A DNA stretch of 64,000 nt from NCBI GenBank assembly GCA_051047955.1, contig JBPGPT010000043.1, positions 1 to 64,000 of the forward strand, read 5' to 3'. A model generated the notes under the pieces. It made no database searches. It was not told the origin of the DNA and saw nothing but the letters and a program-made list of their open reading frames with translations. Positions 1-11,975 of the stretch are shown one piece after another (the stretch's first letter is position 1; each line of letters starts with the position of its first letter). The position numbers and the translations under genes were made by a program. The stretch comes from Cystobasidiomycetes sp. EMM_F5 (Eukaryota).

Positions 1-548
1 AGATCCTCAACTATGCTACCAGAGCAAAAGGTTGGCCGGCTTCGGCGTTGATTACCTTTTCGTACGATCTGACGACATTCCATGACGCACAGATATGGCG
101 CTCTGGTCCGCTACGAATCAAGCCTGCGGTATCTATAGTTCCTTCGTCAATTCTATCGCGCTCAACGCAATCGGCTGGAGATACTATGCTGTGTATATGG
201 CGATCCTTCCCTGCCAATGGCTAATGGCCTACTTTTCCATGTACGTTCCGGCGCCAATGCCGCGCACAGGCCTCCACCTAATAACGTCTTTTGTATTTTG
301 TACAGGGTGGAAACGCGTGGGTACACGCTTGAAGGTTAGTCGGCTTGCGTACTCTAGCGGATATACACACGCGGGCGGTCGCTAACAGCTACCTCGTTGC
401 AGAAATTGCACAGGCTTTCGAAGGAGACGATGCTGCTGTTGCAAATATTGATCACAAGCTTATGTCCAAGGACGAGCACGTCGAACAGATCACAGGGCGT
501 CCGGCCCTTGATGATAGGGATTCCGAAGACAAAGTCGGTCTCTTCTAA
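1..548 (+). CDS. MFS sugar porter (lactose permease/hexose transporter-like), 3' part; truncated at window start, 3 introns
   Basis: Spliced translation ILNYATRAK-DMALWSATNQACGIYSSFVNSIALNAIGWRYYAVY...MAYFSM-VETRGYTLE-EIAQAFEG...GLF* contains the sugar-porter C-terminal (V/P)ET(K/R)GxTLEE motif. Confidence 0.85.
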
Positions 549-1046
549 TGGTTTATCTCACTTGGGCAATGTCTAGGGTGGGAAGTGGGTATGATGCTGT
601 GCTCCAAGTTGTTTAGACGACTGTCAGTGTAGACTTGGGTGGATAGAGGAATGCTGGTGATTTTGACCTATCTGTTTTCTGATAGTATGTAGATAATATG
701 CTGAATGAGCACGACGATAAACCGAGCTCGTATTCAGCGTTCAGTCTCGTAGAAAACAGTGCATCAAGCATCTGAAAACTGTCAGCCGAATCAAACAGCT
801 AGGTTTTGAGTGGCTATGACCACTATGTCGGAGTTGCCGAAATTGACAACAAACGTCACAAAACGACACAACAACGAGAAGACCGTTCATGGACACAACA
901 ACAAAGGTCGAGAATTGCTTACTGACTGATAGTTTTGTCTCATCTGTCGTGACGGCTCGTAACGAGAAGGGCAGTGCTGCAATCCGAGGATCTCGCACAA
1001 GGACGGCGGGGAAGAATCCCCTGTGTTAGCTGTTGAAGCTTGCACA

Positions 1047-2936
1047 TCATGGAATAGCGCTAGCCCAAGCTTTCAGATCGATAGTTGAAGCTTCGGAGTC
1101 CACCAGCCATTTGTAGCGCTGTTTCAGACACCCGCAACTACGTCAGCTTAAGACTGTAAGGCAAGCTATGTTTTCAACGTACCAAGAGTTCTTTTGGCGT
1201 CGGTCTGTTGTCCACGTCTTTTTCGAGACACGAATTGATAAATTGTGACGTTTCCTTCTTGTACTTTTCTTCGGGTTTGAGGGTTGGTGCAGGCTCGTTG
1301 ACGACGTGCTGCAGGAGTTCCAGAATGGACATCTGGCTACCCGATCCACCAAGTGATACACCTTTTCTTTCTTTCCGCTGACGCTGCTTTGCTTCCGCTT
1401 CGGCAATAGTGCGCTGCTTGCCCGCCGGCCGCGCAGGCGATAGCGTTGGCTCGCCGTCAGAATACTCATCGTCGCTGTCTTCTGACGAGAATGGGAAACG
1501 TCCCATCCCTAGCTCGATCAACGTAATGCCCAATGACCACACATCAGATTTTACAGTATATTGGGCGCCTTGAATTCGCTCAGGCTACAGACGTGTCATC
1601 AGTAAGTCCAGCATATGTGATAGAGTGATTCACCTCCTACTTACGCTCATGTAGGTACTTGTCCCGACAAACGTGTCCGCAATCGAATTTATCAATTCTC
1701 CAGACACGCCGAAATCGCAAATCTTGATGTGGCCTTGCGAGTTTACCAAAACATTCGATGGTTTGACGTCTGTACTCCTCGTTAGCGACGATTGTAATGC
1801 TTTGGGATCGCCCAGCGTACCTCGATGGATAATACGATGGGCATCATACAAGTAAGTCAGTCCAGAGACAACAGCATACGCAATCTTGCCCAGGACATCT
1901 TCTTGTATCGGGCCGATGCTCTTGTAGACATTGTCCAAGGATCTGAATAGGAGCTAACGTCAAGCGTCGGTTGATGCAGATGGATCAATAGGCCCACCCC
2001 TTATCCATGAATTCCATGCACATGCAGATATGCGGATCTTGGAGATAGGCTCCGTAGAATGAGACGATGTGTTGAGAGTTCTGTCATGCTTCTCAGAGGT
2101 CCGTCTCCGAGTCGCAGCCGAGCAGTCACGTACACAATCATGCATAATTTGCAATTCTCGCAGTATTTGTTTCCTCACGGCAGGTTTTGCGTCAATGTGG
2201 ACGACCTGGGTTTTCGCTGGTTAGCATGCATCCATTGTCAACGAAGCCGTGTGCGAGACATGGCTGTACTTTGAGTATGGCAAGACAGCCGACACCCAAA
2301 ACGCATCCTCTCGTCATCTACTCACTTTACGCGCCATCTCGAGTCCTGTGGGAACGTGTCGGACCTTTGTTACTGTTCCTCCATTGCCGTGACCGAGTTC
2401 GTGAACGGCTTCAAGGTCTTCACTTCGCAAATCCAGCTTGAACTCGACTCCAATCTCAAGATTTGCCAGTTGCTGCGTCAACTTGTTCTGATAGGCTCGC
2501 GAGCTGGACTCTGCTGTTGACATTTTGAACCCGCTCGACCCCGCCGAGCTGCTGAATGCGGATGACGGGAGGGAGGGCGACGATGATGAGCTACATCCTG
2601 AAGCATCTGTAGGCAGTGATAGGCATGAATTGGAAGAAGTTGTGCTGTTTGAGACTGTGCTCTTGTGGTTTGCCCGCTTGAGCGTCGAGGCGTTCAATGC
2701 ATTCGTCGCCGTGTCCACCCCGGGTTTGTGGGAGTCTTGCGAGATGGTCAGGCCGCGTAGGTTGCGCTGTTTGTCGTTTGTATCGACGCGGTGTGCCATT
2801 ACAAAGTCCCAATCAGCCTACTCGCCCCATTCCAGGCCAAACGAGCCCGTTCCAACTCGCTCGAAAGCGTGTCCGAGCGCACCGTCGTCGACGAGTGCGA
2901 CTAGCTACTCACATTCTTCTTTGGTTGACCGAGCAT
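1047..2936 (-). CDS. STE7: MAP kinase kinase, Ste7/Fuz7 type (pheromone/filamentation pathway), multi-exon
   Basis: Kinase motifs [66 protein letters not shown]. Exon 1 MLGQPKKN (2936-2913) joins RNLRGL to form a MAPK docking motif; [22 protein letters not shown] resembles Ustilago Fuz7; last exon [23 protein letters not shown]. Confidence 0.93.
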
Positions 2937-3207
2937 AGCAGAGTGCAGTAAATGACTTGGGCGCTTGTGTTGGTACTTGTTCAAGCTCGGAGCCTGGCTT
3001 TGTTTGAATACAAGGGCGTGGCAATTTTCAGGCACGACGGCCGAGACGCGATACGTGTTTGTAGAAAGAAGAAGCAGGATAGCATTAAGAGGGATGAAGA
3101 CAACGAGCAGACGCCTAACAAGTACAGCAGACGACAATTCAAACCACAATGACGCATCAAGCGAAAGAACGAAATGGATATCAAAGGGTGTTTTGCCGCC
3201 AAAACCC

Positions 3208-6200
3208 CTATCCGCTGCACATCATCTGTTTCGAAAACACACATCAGCGGTGTAGCAGAACGCGCGGAAACCAAGCCTTACGCAAGCCTCTCTATTTTCC
3301 AATGAGCACAATAGCTTGGCCTTCTCCAGCTCGGCCTCCTCTCGACGTTTGAGAGCCTCTTCATAGGTAATCTCGCTGTTTTCATCTTTGGCAGCCTTCT
3401 TGTCGGGAACGACATCCTTTACCTTGACAGTAATTGGTGTGACATCTGCACCAGCGCCGACTAGCGACGTAGACATTTTGCCAACGCCGCGGGTAATTTC
3501 ATCAACAGCAACATTGGAGCCGTTGACTTTGGGTCCGCTAGTAATGGACTGGAGAGGCATCTTTACTGGGGTGGAAACTGCGACGGTAGCAGGAGCAGCA
3601 ACACCCACGGTGCTTGGAACTACTGCTGGGACTGGGGCCGGTGCAATAACCTTGCCAGCCTTCATCTGAGCTTTGGCCGCTTCCTGAATCTCCGCAGACA
3701 CGGTAAATTGAATTGCACCGACAGCTGCGCGTGTTCGCAAGTAGTACATGCCAGTCTTGAGACCCTTCTTCCAGCCGTAAAAGTGCATCGAGGTGAGTTG
3801 AGCAAATGTAGGCGATTGAAGGTGAATGTTGAGCGATTGGGACTGATCAATGTAGGCACCTCGGTCCGCTGACATATCAATGATACTCTTCTGACTGATT
3901 TCCCATACTGTCCTATAGATGGCCTTGATGTCATCAGGCAAGAACGGAATGTGCTGGATAGAACCTTGATGAGCAATAATCAGATTCTTGAGATCCTCAT
4001 TCCAGTAACCTCTGTCGACCAGCTCTCGCAATAACCACGGGTTGACAATCTGGAACTCTCCGGCCAAAACGCGGCGCGTGTAGATATTGCTCGTATAAGG
4101 CTCAAAGCATTCGTTGAATCCGAGAATCTGCGACGTAGATGCAGTTGGCATTGGGGCCAGTAGTAGGGAATTGCGAAGACCGTGTTTCTGAATTTCCGCC
4201 TTGAGCGCATCCCACTGCCACAGATCCGATGGTGTGACACCCCATAGATCGAATTGCAGCTCGCCCTTGCTGGCGGGCGAGCCTTGGAAAGACGAGTAAG
4301 GACCTTCAACCTGAGCCAATTCGCACGAAGCTTCCAGAGCGGCGTGATAGAGCGTTTCAAAGATTTGCTTGTTGAGCTTGCGCGCTTCAGGCGAATCGAA
4401 CGACATACGCAGAGCCATGAAGGCATCTGCAAGACCTTGTACACCGATACCGATGGGGCGATGTCTAAAATTGCTGTTTTGCGCCTCTTTGACCGGGTAA
4501 TAGTTGACATCGATAATCTTGTTCAGATTCTTGGCGACGACCTTTGTGACATCGTGCAGCTTATGGAAGTCGTACTCGCCGTTGGTAATGAAGGATGGCA
4601 AAGCAATGGAAGCGAGATTGCAGACGGCGACTTCGTCGGGTGCAGAGTACTCCATAATTTCGGTGCAAAGGTTCGAGCACTTGATGGTACCGAGGTTCTT
4701 TTGGTTGCTCTTGCGGTTAGCAGCATCCTTGTACAGCATGAAGGGGTTCCCAGTTTCAGTCTGTGCTTCAAGAATAGCATACCAGAGTTTTTGAGCAGGA
4801 ACAGTCTTCTTGGCACGGCCTTCAGCCTCGTACTTGAGGAAAAGCTCATCAAACTCGTCGCCGTACTTTTCGTGCAAGTTGGGTGCCTCTGCTGGGCAGA
4901 ACAATGGCCATTGACCATTCTCCTCGACACGTCGCATGAACATGTCTGGGATCCACAAAGCATAAAACAGATCTCGTGCACGGACCTCCTCCTTGCCGTG
5001 ATTCTTGCGCAAGTCGAGGAATTCGAAGATGTCGGAATGCCAGGGCTCGATGTAGATGGCGAATGCACCAGGTCGCTTGTTGCCTCCCTGATCGACATAG
5101 CGAGCAGTATTGTTGAAGACACGGAGCATTGGTACGATACCGTTCGAGTAGCCATTAGTGCCGGCAATGTAGGAACCAGTCGCGCGAATGCAATGGATGT
5201 TAAGTCCGATACCGCCGGCGCTCTTCGAAATCATAGCGCATGTCTTGAGGGTGTCGTAGATGCCATCGATGGAATCATCCTTCATTGTTACCAGGAAACA
5301 CGAGGACATCTGCGGGTGAGGTGTTCCAGCAGCGAACAGAGTTGGTGAAGCGTGCGTGAAGTAACGCTCAGACATCTGATGGACACATTAGCACTTGACA
5401 ATGGTGGAGACTGAAAGGTCCGCATACCAAGTTGTACGACTCAATCGCCTTTTCAATGTTTGTTCCGTGAATACCGACAGCAACTCGCATGAGTAAATGC
5501 TGTGGGCGTTCAGCTACCTTGCCATTGATGCGAAGTAAATATGACCTCTCGAGTGTCTTATAGCCAAAGTAATTCTGTAGTGTTAGGAATCTTGAGTATC
5601 ACCAATCCTTGCCACTGAATATCTGCCCAAGCTTACGTAGCTGAAATCACGGTCGTAAATGATGGCAGAGTTCAGAGCTTCAGCATTCTCCATAATGATA
5701 TCATACGTCTGTTTAGAGATCATTGGCGAGGGCTTGTTGTTCTTCGGGTTGACTGCAGATATACGATGATCGGCGTTAATGGATGCACCCCGAGTAGTCT
5801 GCTGCGAACGCACCATAGGTGTACAGATCAGAAATGACTGTGGAGAACAACTTTTTGGTCTCTTTGTGCAAGTTCGAAATTGCGATGCGTGCTGCAAGGA
5901 CGGCATAGTCTGGATGCTGGACAGTCATGTAGGCAGCAGTCTGTAAGATGGGTATGGAGGGTCAGCATACATCTCCTGCCGGCACAATGGCACACGCACC
6001 TCTGCAGCAAGCTGGTCGAGCTCGACAGTCGTGACGCCAGAGTAGACTCCGGCAATGACCTTCTTTGTGATCTCGATGACATCGACCTGCTTGGTATCAA
6101 GTCCCCACATAAGCTTGGAGATACGAGACGTGATCTTGTCGAATGCTACACGTTCGCGACGACCGTCTGTATTCCCAATGCATATTGTATACGGAGTTTT

Positions 6201-6289
6201 GCATCAATTTGACCAAATTTCCGTCAGTCTCATCGCGTCTGCTCGGCCGCGCCCACTTTACACGTACCGCGCTTGAACACGAATGCCAT
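3208..6289 (-). CDS. RNR1: Ribonucleoside-diphosphate reductase large subunit (class Ia), multi-exon
   Basis: N-terminal ATP-cone start [78 protein letters not shown]-terminal CxxC (AC-MMCSG*). Confidence 0.98.
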
Positions 6290-6585
6290 GGTGCGATGTT
6301 CAGACTAGCTAATGGAGGTGTAAATAAAGAATGAATGTGGGAGGTTGCAGCGGTCTGCGTCTGCTTGAAGTTGGGTTGGTGTTGCTCGACCTGACTATTT
6401 TGCGAGTTGGTCAGCGGGAAAGGGGAAGCGAGGAAAGAGTAAACAGGTTTACCTCGAGCTGAGTGGGTAAAAGTCCAGCTGCTTGCTGTACTTGGTGTCA
6501 CAGGATGGTTGCTGAGTTGTAATGATGTTTTGAACTGGAGTAAAGCCAAGCTCCCGCCTTGTTGTGCGGCTCTTTAGAAGCAAAA

Positions 6586-6610
6586 CGTCGCGTCGTCGCG
6601 CAGCGCGTCC
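6586..6610. promoter_or_regulatory. Cluster of three CGCG (MCB-like) elements about 300 bp upstream of RNR1
   Basis: cgtcgcgtcgtcgcgcagcgcgtcc has CGCG at 6589, 6597 and 6604; RNR1 genes are established MBF/MCB targets in fungi. Confidence 0.5.
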
Positions 6611-6782
6611 TCGAAACGGTGGCGGGTGTGGCGGATTTCCAAAGGCATGCAGCAGAAAGAAAATATTACTAATGACGTCCGTAAGCAGAGAATATAGCAT
6701 GCAAGTGTCGTATAGTAATAGAGAAACGAGTATTGTACAGTCTTTGCGATTATCCGCCAGACATTGCTATCTAAGTAACTTA

Positions 6783-7475
6783 TCACGGTTTTCTCCCACG
6801 AGCCATAAATACTGTCTTTTTCACTACTCTGTCGCTGCGATGAAGCTCCACCTGCTGTTCCATTTCGCGGTACGCAAATGTAGTCAGTCCGGCAGCCTCG
6901 AATAAAACTCGCATCTGCGCCGACGCAAAGCCAGAAGCGCTGATATCGCCCCGCGTCCCTTGTTCTCCCTCCGCGACGAGTTTGTTCTGCGGTGTGAAGT
7001 CGATAACCAATAGAACTCCACCGCCCTTCAGTCTAGCTGATAAGCGCTCGACTGCCGACTGATGATCAGGAAAGTGGTGGAATCCTAATCCGACCGCAAC
7101 CAGATCAAATCCAGATAATTGACGGTCCAATTCATTTTGCTTGTGCTCATCGTCCACTGCTGCAAGCAGATTTCCAACGTAGGTTTGGGGAGATAAGGCG
7201 CCGCCGAGCCGGTTCTTTGTGCTTTTTGTGAATTCGGCATACTTTTCTATCATCACTGACGAGATATCCACTCCGACTGCCTCCGTGACCGATGACGCAA
7301 GGGCCTGAAGAATTCTTAGGCATATTTCGGATGTCCATGCATGCTGAGGAGGTTGACGTACTTGGGTAACCATGCCAGTTCCGCACGCATAATCCAGTAA
7401 TCGGATGTTTGATTGCCAATCGCATCCGATGAATTCGAGGTTAGTCTGCAGGAATGAAGTGATTTGAGACGACAT
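6783..7475 (-). CDS. Class I SAM-dependent methyltransferase (one in-frame intron; N-terminus possibly incomplete)
   Basis: Motif I LLDYACGTG, VGVDIS, FDLVAVGLGFHH, LKGGGVLLVIDF. Confidence 0.88.
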   Translation of the reverse strand: MSSQITSFLQTNLEFIGCDWQSNIRLLDYACGTGMVTQVRQPPQHAWTSEICLRILQALASSVTEAVGVDISSVMIEKYAEFTKSTKNRLGGALSPQTYVGNLLAAVDDEHKQNELDRQLSGFDLVAVGLGFHHFPDHQSAVERLSARLKGGGVLLVIDFTPQNKLVAEGEQGTRGDISASGFASAQMRVLFEAAGLTTFAYREMEQQVELHRSDRVVKKTVFMARGRKP

Positions 7476-7915
7476 ATCTAGCTGCCATGGTTCTGTGTTG
7501 TATTTTGTGGCTTGCTGGCTATTTCACACCATTAGTTTTGCAATCAGTAAATCAATGGCCGGCTGCACTGATTTGCTGCGTCTACCTACTTCCAGTGCCG
7601 CTCGTTAGCATGAACAACGGATTCAGCTGATGGCTTGTGATGACCGGTATCAATATGGAGATTCTCCTCCTCCCGTTGCGAATGCATGTCGTGATCTTCG
7701 CTGTGGTGAGAATGGTATTCGCTCATATTGATTAGCAATTAGTGCAAAAGTATTCCACACATTCAGCCAGTCGTCAGTGTTACTTCACTGGCCACGACAA
7801 CTATCGGCTGGCAATGCAGAAAGAAGCGGCACGTGATCGCCTGACGACTCCAGAATTTTGCGCGAGACTTGCTGCAACTGCAACGGTAGCTCGCGGACCA
7901 ATTCTGACCTCAATT

Positions 7916-9445
7916 ATGACCGACGTTCATGCAGAAGCTGGGCCATCCCAGGTCAAGGCGGCGGCCGCGATTGTACAAGCGACAACCATGCCAATCCGGC
8001 TGACGTCGAAGACACAAAAACACGCACTTCCAGACTCGAGATTCATGATTCCGAGCGATTGGAGGCGGTTTCAGCTGTCCGAGTTGATCAATAAAGTACT
8101 GGCCCACGACCAGGCCGTGCCCTTTGATTTCATCATCGATGGCGAACTGCTACGGACAAGTTTGGGTGCCTTTGCAAAAGCGAAGGGTCTGACTGAGGTG
8201 GGGAGCGTATACAAACGGTACAATATTCCGGTTCTAAGATAACGCTGCTGTGCAGGAATCAATACTCGAAGTCGAATATGTCGAATCTATACTACCGCCG
8301 AAATCTCTGTCCTCCTTTCAACAAGCGGACTGGGTTTCCGACATAGATCTCACTGTGAAAGAGTAAGGTTCGCACCGCATTGCTGTCCGAGACTGCTGAA
8401 CTCATTCTCTTCTGTTTTCAGCTCTTTTCTGACTGCCTGCTACGATGGGGCTGCTCGTGTTTTTTCTGCTTCTGGACAAGTCACACATGTCATACAAAAC
8501 AGCACGTTACCAATACTATCGTCTTGCTGGCTGCCGCATACGCACGGTCAGTCTTCGGGAGTGGCCACAGCGGGCATGGATCGGATAGTACGAATATGGA
8601 AAACATCAAACGACTCACACATTTCGAAGAATACACATGCGTTACACTTGCACGGCTCGTCCGTGGCTTCAGTCCGGAGCGCTGCCACGCCATCCACATC
8701 TTCGAATATTCAGCTGATCACGGCAGGCTGGGACGGCTTGGTCGGGTACTGGGACTTCAATGATGATATCGACCATCGGCTTAATGGTGCCGATGCTGAA
8801 GGTGAAGATGATGCAGATGGTCCGAGGAAGAGACGGCGCCGTGGAGCAAATGGAGCAGCCTCGGCGGGCAGCGACAAAGCCACCAGAATCGAACCGACTC
8901 TTGTTTTGCGGGGTCACACAGGCCAGGTATCCAAAGCTGTATTTGACCGCTCGAGCAGAAAGGCCTTTTCGTTTGGGCTAGACGACCACTCTGTTCGAGA
9001 GTGGGACTTGGATGCTGGCGGCGTGCAGATTGGCATCAAGCAGTCCGACAAGGCTATCATGGCCGCCGAGCAACTCGCCTCCCCCAATTTGCTAGTCACT
9101 GGAAATGCCGATCGTACAATCACTGTCTTCGACATGCGGGACAGTGCGAGTATAATCAGCTTGACGCTCACAGGTCATGCATCCTCCGTTGCAGCCGTCT
9201 CTGCGCATCCTACAAGTCCGCTTCTCCTATGTAGCGGCAGCTACGATGGTACAGTAAGGATATGGGATGCACGATCACCCAAACAAGCGCTGTTTAGCGT
9301 ACAGAGGCAACAGCCAAAACAAGGCAAACCTTCTGGCAAGATTATCTGTACAGCATGGGATGGCGACATCGTTGCTTCAGGAGGGGAAGACGGAAGGCTT
9401 GACCTGGCACAAAGCAAAGGGCTGGCAGATGGTCCAAGATCGTGA
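7916..9445 (+). CDS. YTM1: Ribosome biogenesis protein Ytm1/WDR12 (NLE/ubiquitin-like domain + WD40 repeats), 2 introns
   Basis: NLE-like RRFQLSELINKVL...VPFDFIIDGELLRTSL..EESILEVEYV followed by WD40 repeats (LHLHGSSV, LRGHTGQV, LTGHASSV, SGSYDGTVRIWD). Confidence 0.92.
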
Positions 9446-9696
9446 ACGTTTCTTTTTCGTCGTTGCCTATAACGATCATCGTTGTTACACAAGCCTAATA
9501 CGCAGCGTAAAGTGCATCTAGCAATAAATTTCGGGAAAACATGCGTCGTTACTCTGCAAGCTTGCCTCGCTCATATCGTGTTTCGTGTACATACTGAATA
9601 GCTGATCCAGGTAAATAATTAAATATTCATCTATTCGCTACACAGTATAACTGAGCATTTTGCTTACAAATAGCGACCGTTATCAGCTTAGACATA

Positions 9697-11689
9697 TTAG
9701 ACGCGTACAAAGCTCTCTCCCAGCACACCACTGTGGTTCAGACTTTCAGTCCCGCTTGCCGGGCTATCGTATCCCGACGCGATACCGCCGCGTGCTGGCA
9801 AGGGAACGTGGCCATGTGTTGGAGAATGATGTTCGGACGCATGTCCCGACGGTTGTGTGCTGGCGGGCGCCGAGGGTGCGTACGCGGGCAGGACAGTATC
9901 GCACGCTTCTGAACCGAATTCGGAGGATGTTCGCGAAGCATGGCGAGAGGGTGTAAAGTCAGAGATATTGTCAGACGATGTCGTGGAAGAGGCTGATCCG
10001 GGTTTCTGTATTGGTTTGCGCACTCTTGGCGTGGTAGCAGCCAGAGCTTCTAGTTCCCCTCGGCGCGACAGATAAGTGTTGAGCACGCTTTGTCGGATGT
10101 TGAAAAAGACGTCGATACAGCGAGTCGGGAGTAGAGAAGCTATGTAGTACGTCATGACACCTCTACCTACCGAAAGCCTGTCTGAAAGGCGAAACGCGGT
10201 AGGCTTGCACACTATTTTGAGCAACTTGTCCGAAAGCGCCGAAGCGTCCGGCAATGATCGACGTGAGGATTCTGAAGAAACACCTTGTAGACTTGCTACG
10301 AGCGGATATGTATACACCGAGCGAAGATGCAGTGGCAGGGAGGCACTGACGTCTGCGGGATGTTGACACTGAGGCGCTACGGAGGACAGTGCATGCGAGA
10401 CGCCCCGATGCGTTTTCCGAGTACCGGCAGGCTGTAAGAATCCTACGTCGAGATTGATAATGTCAATGGAACGCTTGTTGCCGGTATTATCGCTGACGGC
10501 TAGCTCGCGACGGACGACATCCAACGCCTGGACGAGGGCGTTGCTGGCGATACCTCGCATCGCTCCGTTCGTACCGCTGAAGGGAGTGCCGACGTAGCGA
10601 TCTGGAGCGGGGAGGCATGTAATGATGGACGCTGGTGTATTGTATGTGTCGCGTGACCTAAGCAGCGGCATGAGTGAGCGGATCACGGCAAGAGGCGTAG
10701 TCACGAGACACGCAAAGGCTTGGGTTGTGTCACCGACAGAGACTGCTTCAAAGGGGACAAAGCCGCCAGAGAAGGGAGTAGATATGCAGAGGCAGTTGAT
10801 GACGCTGACGAGTTGAAGTCCGAGTGCCGGATTGGACGAGTGTGCGAACGGATCGCCTGCGCTATTGAGGGGATAGCGGAGGGATAGTGCAGTGTTGAGT
10901 GAGCGTACAAAGGTGTTTACTTTGGATGGCTGTTGATTACGACGGATAGAGGTCAGATGTGGCCGAAACAATGTGTAGAGTAAAGCTTACATGTCTTGGG
11001 TCGAGCACGACTGCCTTTATGTGTCCGCTTCCACAATGTTCAAGTGCATCAGTCTGGCTCTCTGACGATACGCTTGCAATGACAACAAAGCCCGCTCGTT
11101 CGAATGCCTTGGCGATGTGACGGCCGTAAGAGTCCTCGTCTGCACCGAGAATTAAAACTGCGTCTACTCTGCGTTTCCCGTCAGGTGAGAGACGTGGTCT
11201 AGGCGGAGGTGGCAGAGCTCTCCTCCGGCGAATGTACATTGGCGAGAGTGCGGGGACGTGACGGAGTACGACTGCCCGCACATTCGGCGATACGTTTACT
11301 GCTACGAATGCAGCGCACACTGAGACTGTAGAGAATATGACGGTGCCGTACAGATACGGCCTGTCCTGTATCCTTTTGGCTATCCGCTCCACAAAAGTCG
11401 GCGGTGGGGGAGGGGGTCTCTTGAACCGAGCGAGGGCTTCCGAGTCGTGGACGCTGAGCGAGGGCATGTGGAGCCTGGGCAGAGTGCCGTGTCCTGTTAT
11501 GAGCTCGACGAGGTCGTCGTAGAAGCCCGCAATGCTCGTCGATATCCGATGGGGCAGCCGGTCGCCGTCGTCGCTGCTGCTGCTTTCGAGGAGGTGCCTC
11601 ACCGATTCCTGGGCTGCCTGGACCTGCTGCTCCATGGCTTCGGAGGCGCGTCGCAGCAGCTGAACGATATCGTCTACGCTGTCTGGCAT
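9697..11689 (-). CDS. Fungal DUF1776-like protein (transmembrane segment + degenerate SDR/Rossmann fold), 1 intron
   Basis: Hydrophobic YGTVIFSTVSVCAAFVAV followed by AVLILGAD..YGRHIAKAFERAGFVVIASVSS and later LVQALDVVRREL..IDIINLDVG; family assignment recalled, not searched. Confidence 0.65.
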
Positions 11690-11975
11690 GGTTGCGGGGG
11701 TGTTGGAGGGGTATCTTATTGGTCTGGTCTGAGGAATATAAGCCCATTTCAAGGCCACTTTGCCCGGGATTGAATACTATTTCAAATAATGCAGCAGATT
11801 GGGGGTATGTTATGACTATCAACAATGTCGAACGACTGAGCTGAGCTTGGTCGCAGCAATAAGTTACTAATTCATATTGTCTTGTCCATCTGTTTACCTG
11901 ATCGCATTTCAACTCCTGACCGACCGAAAAGAGTTGCTCAAGTCTGAAAGCTGATTATTATTATTATACACTCGC

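Noticed and set aside
4254..5348. 364-aa ORF on the + strand
   Set aside because: Antisense shadow of the RNR1 coding exon; no recognisable protein features
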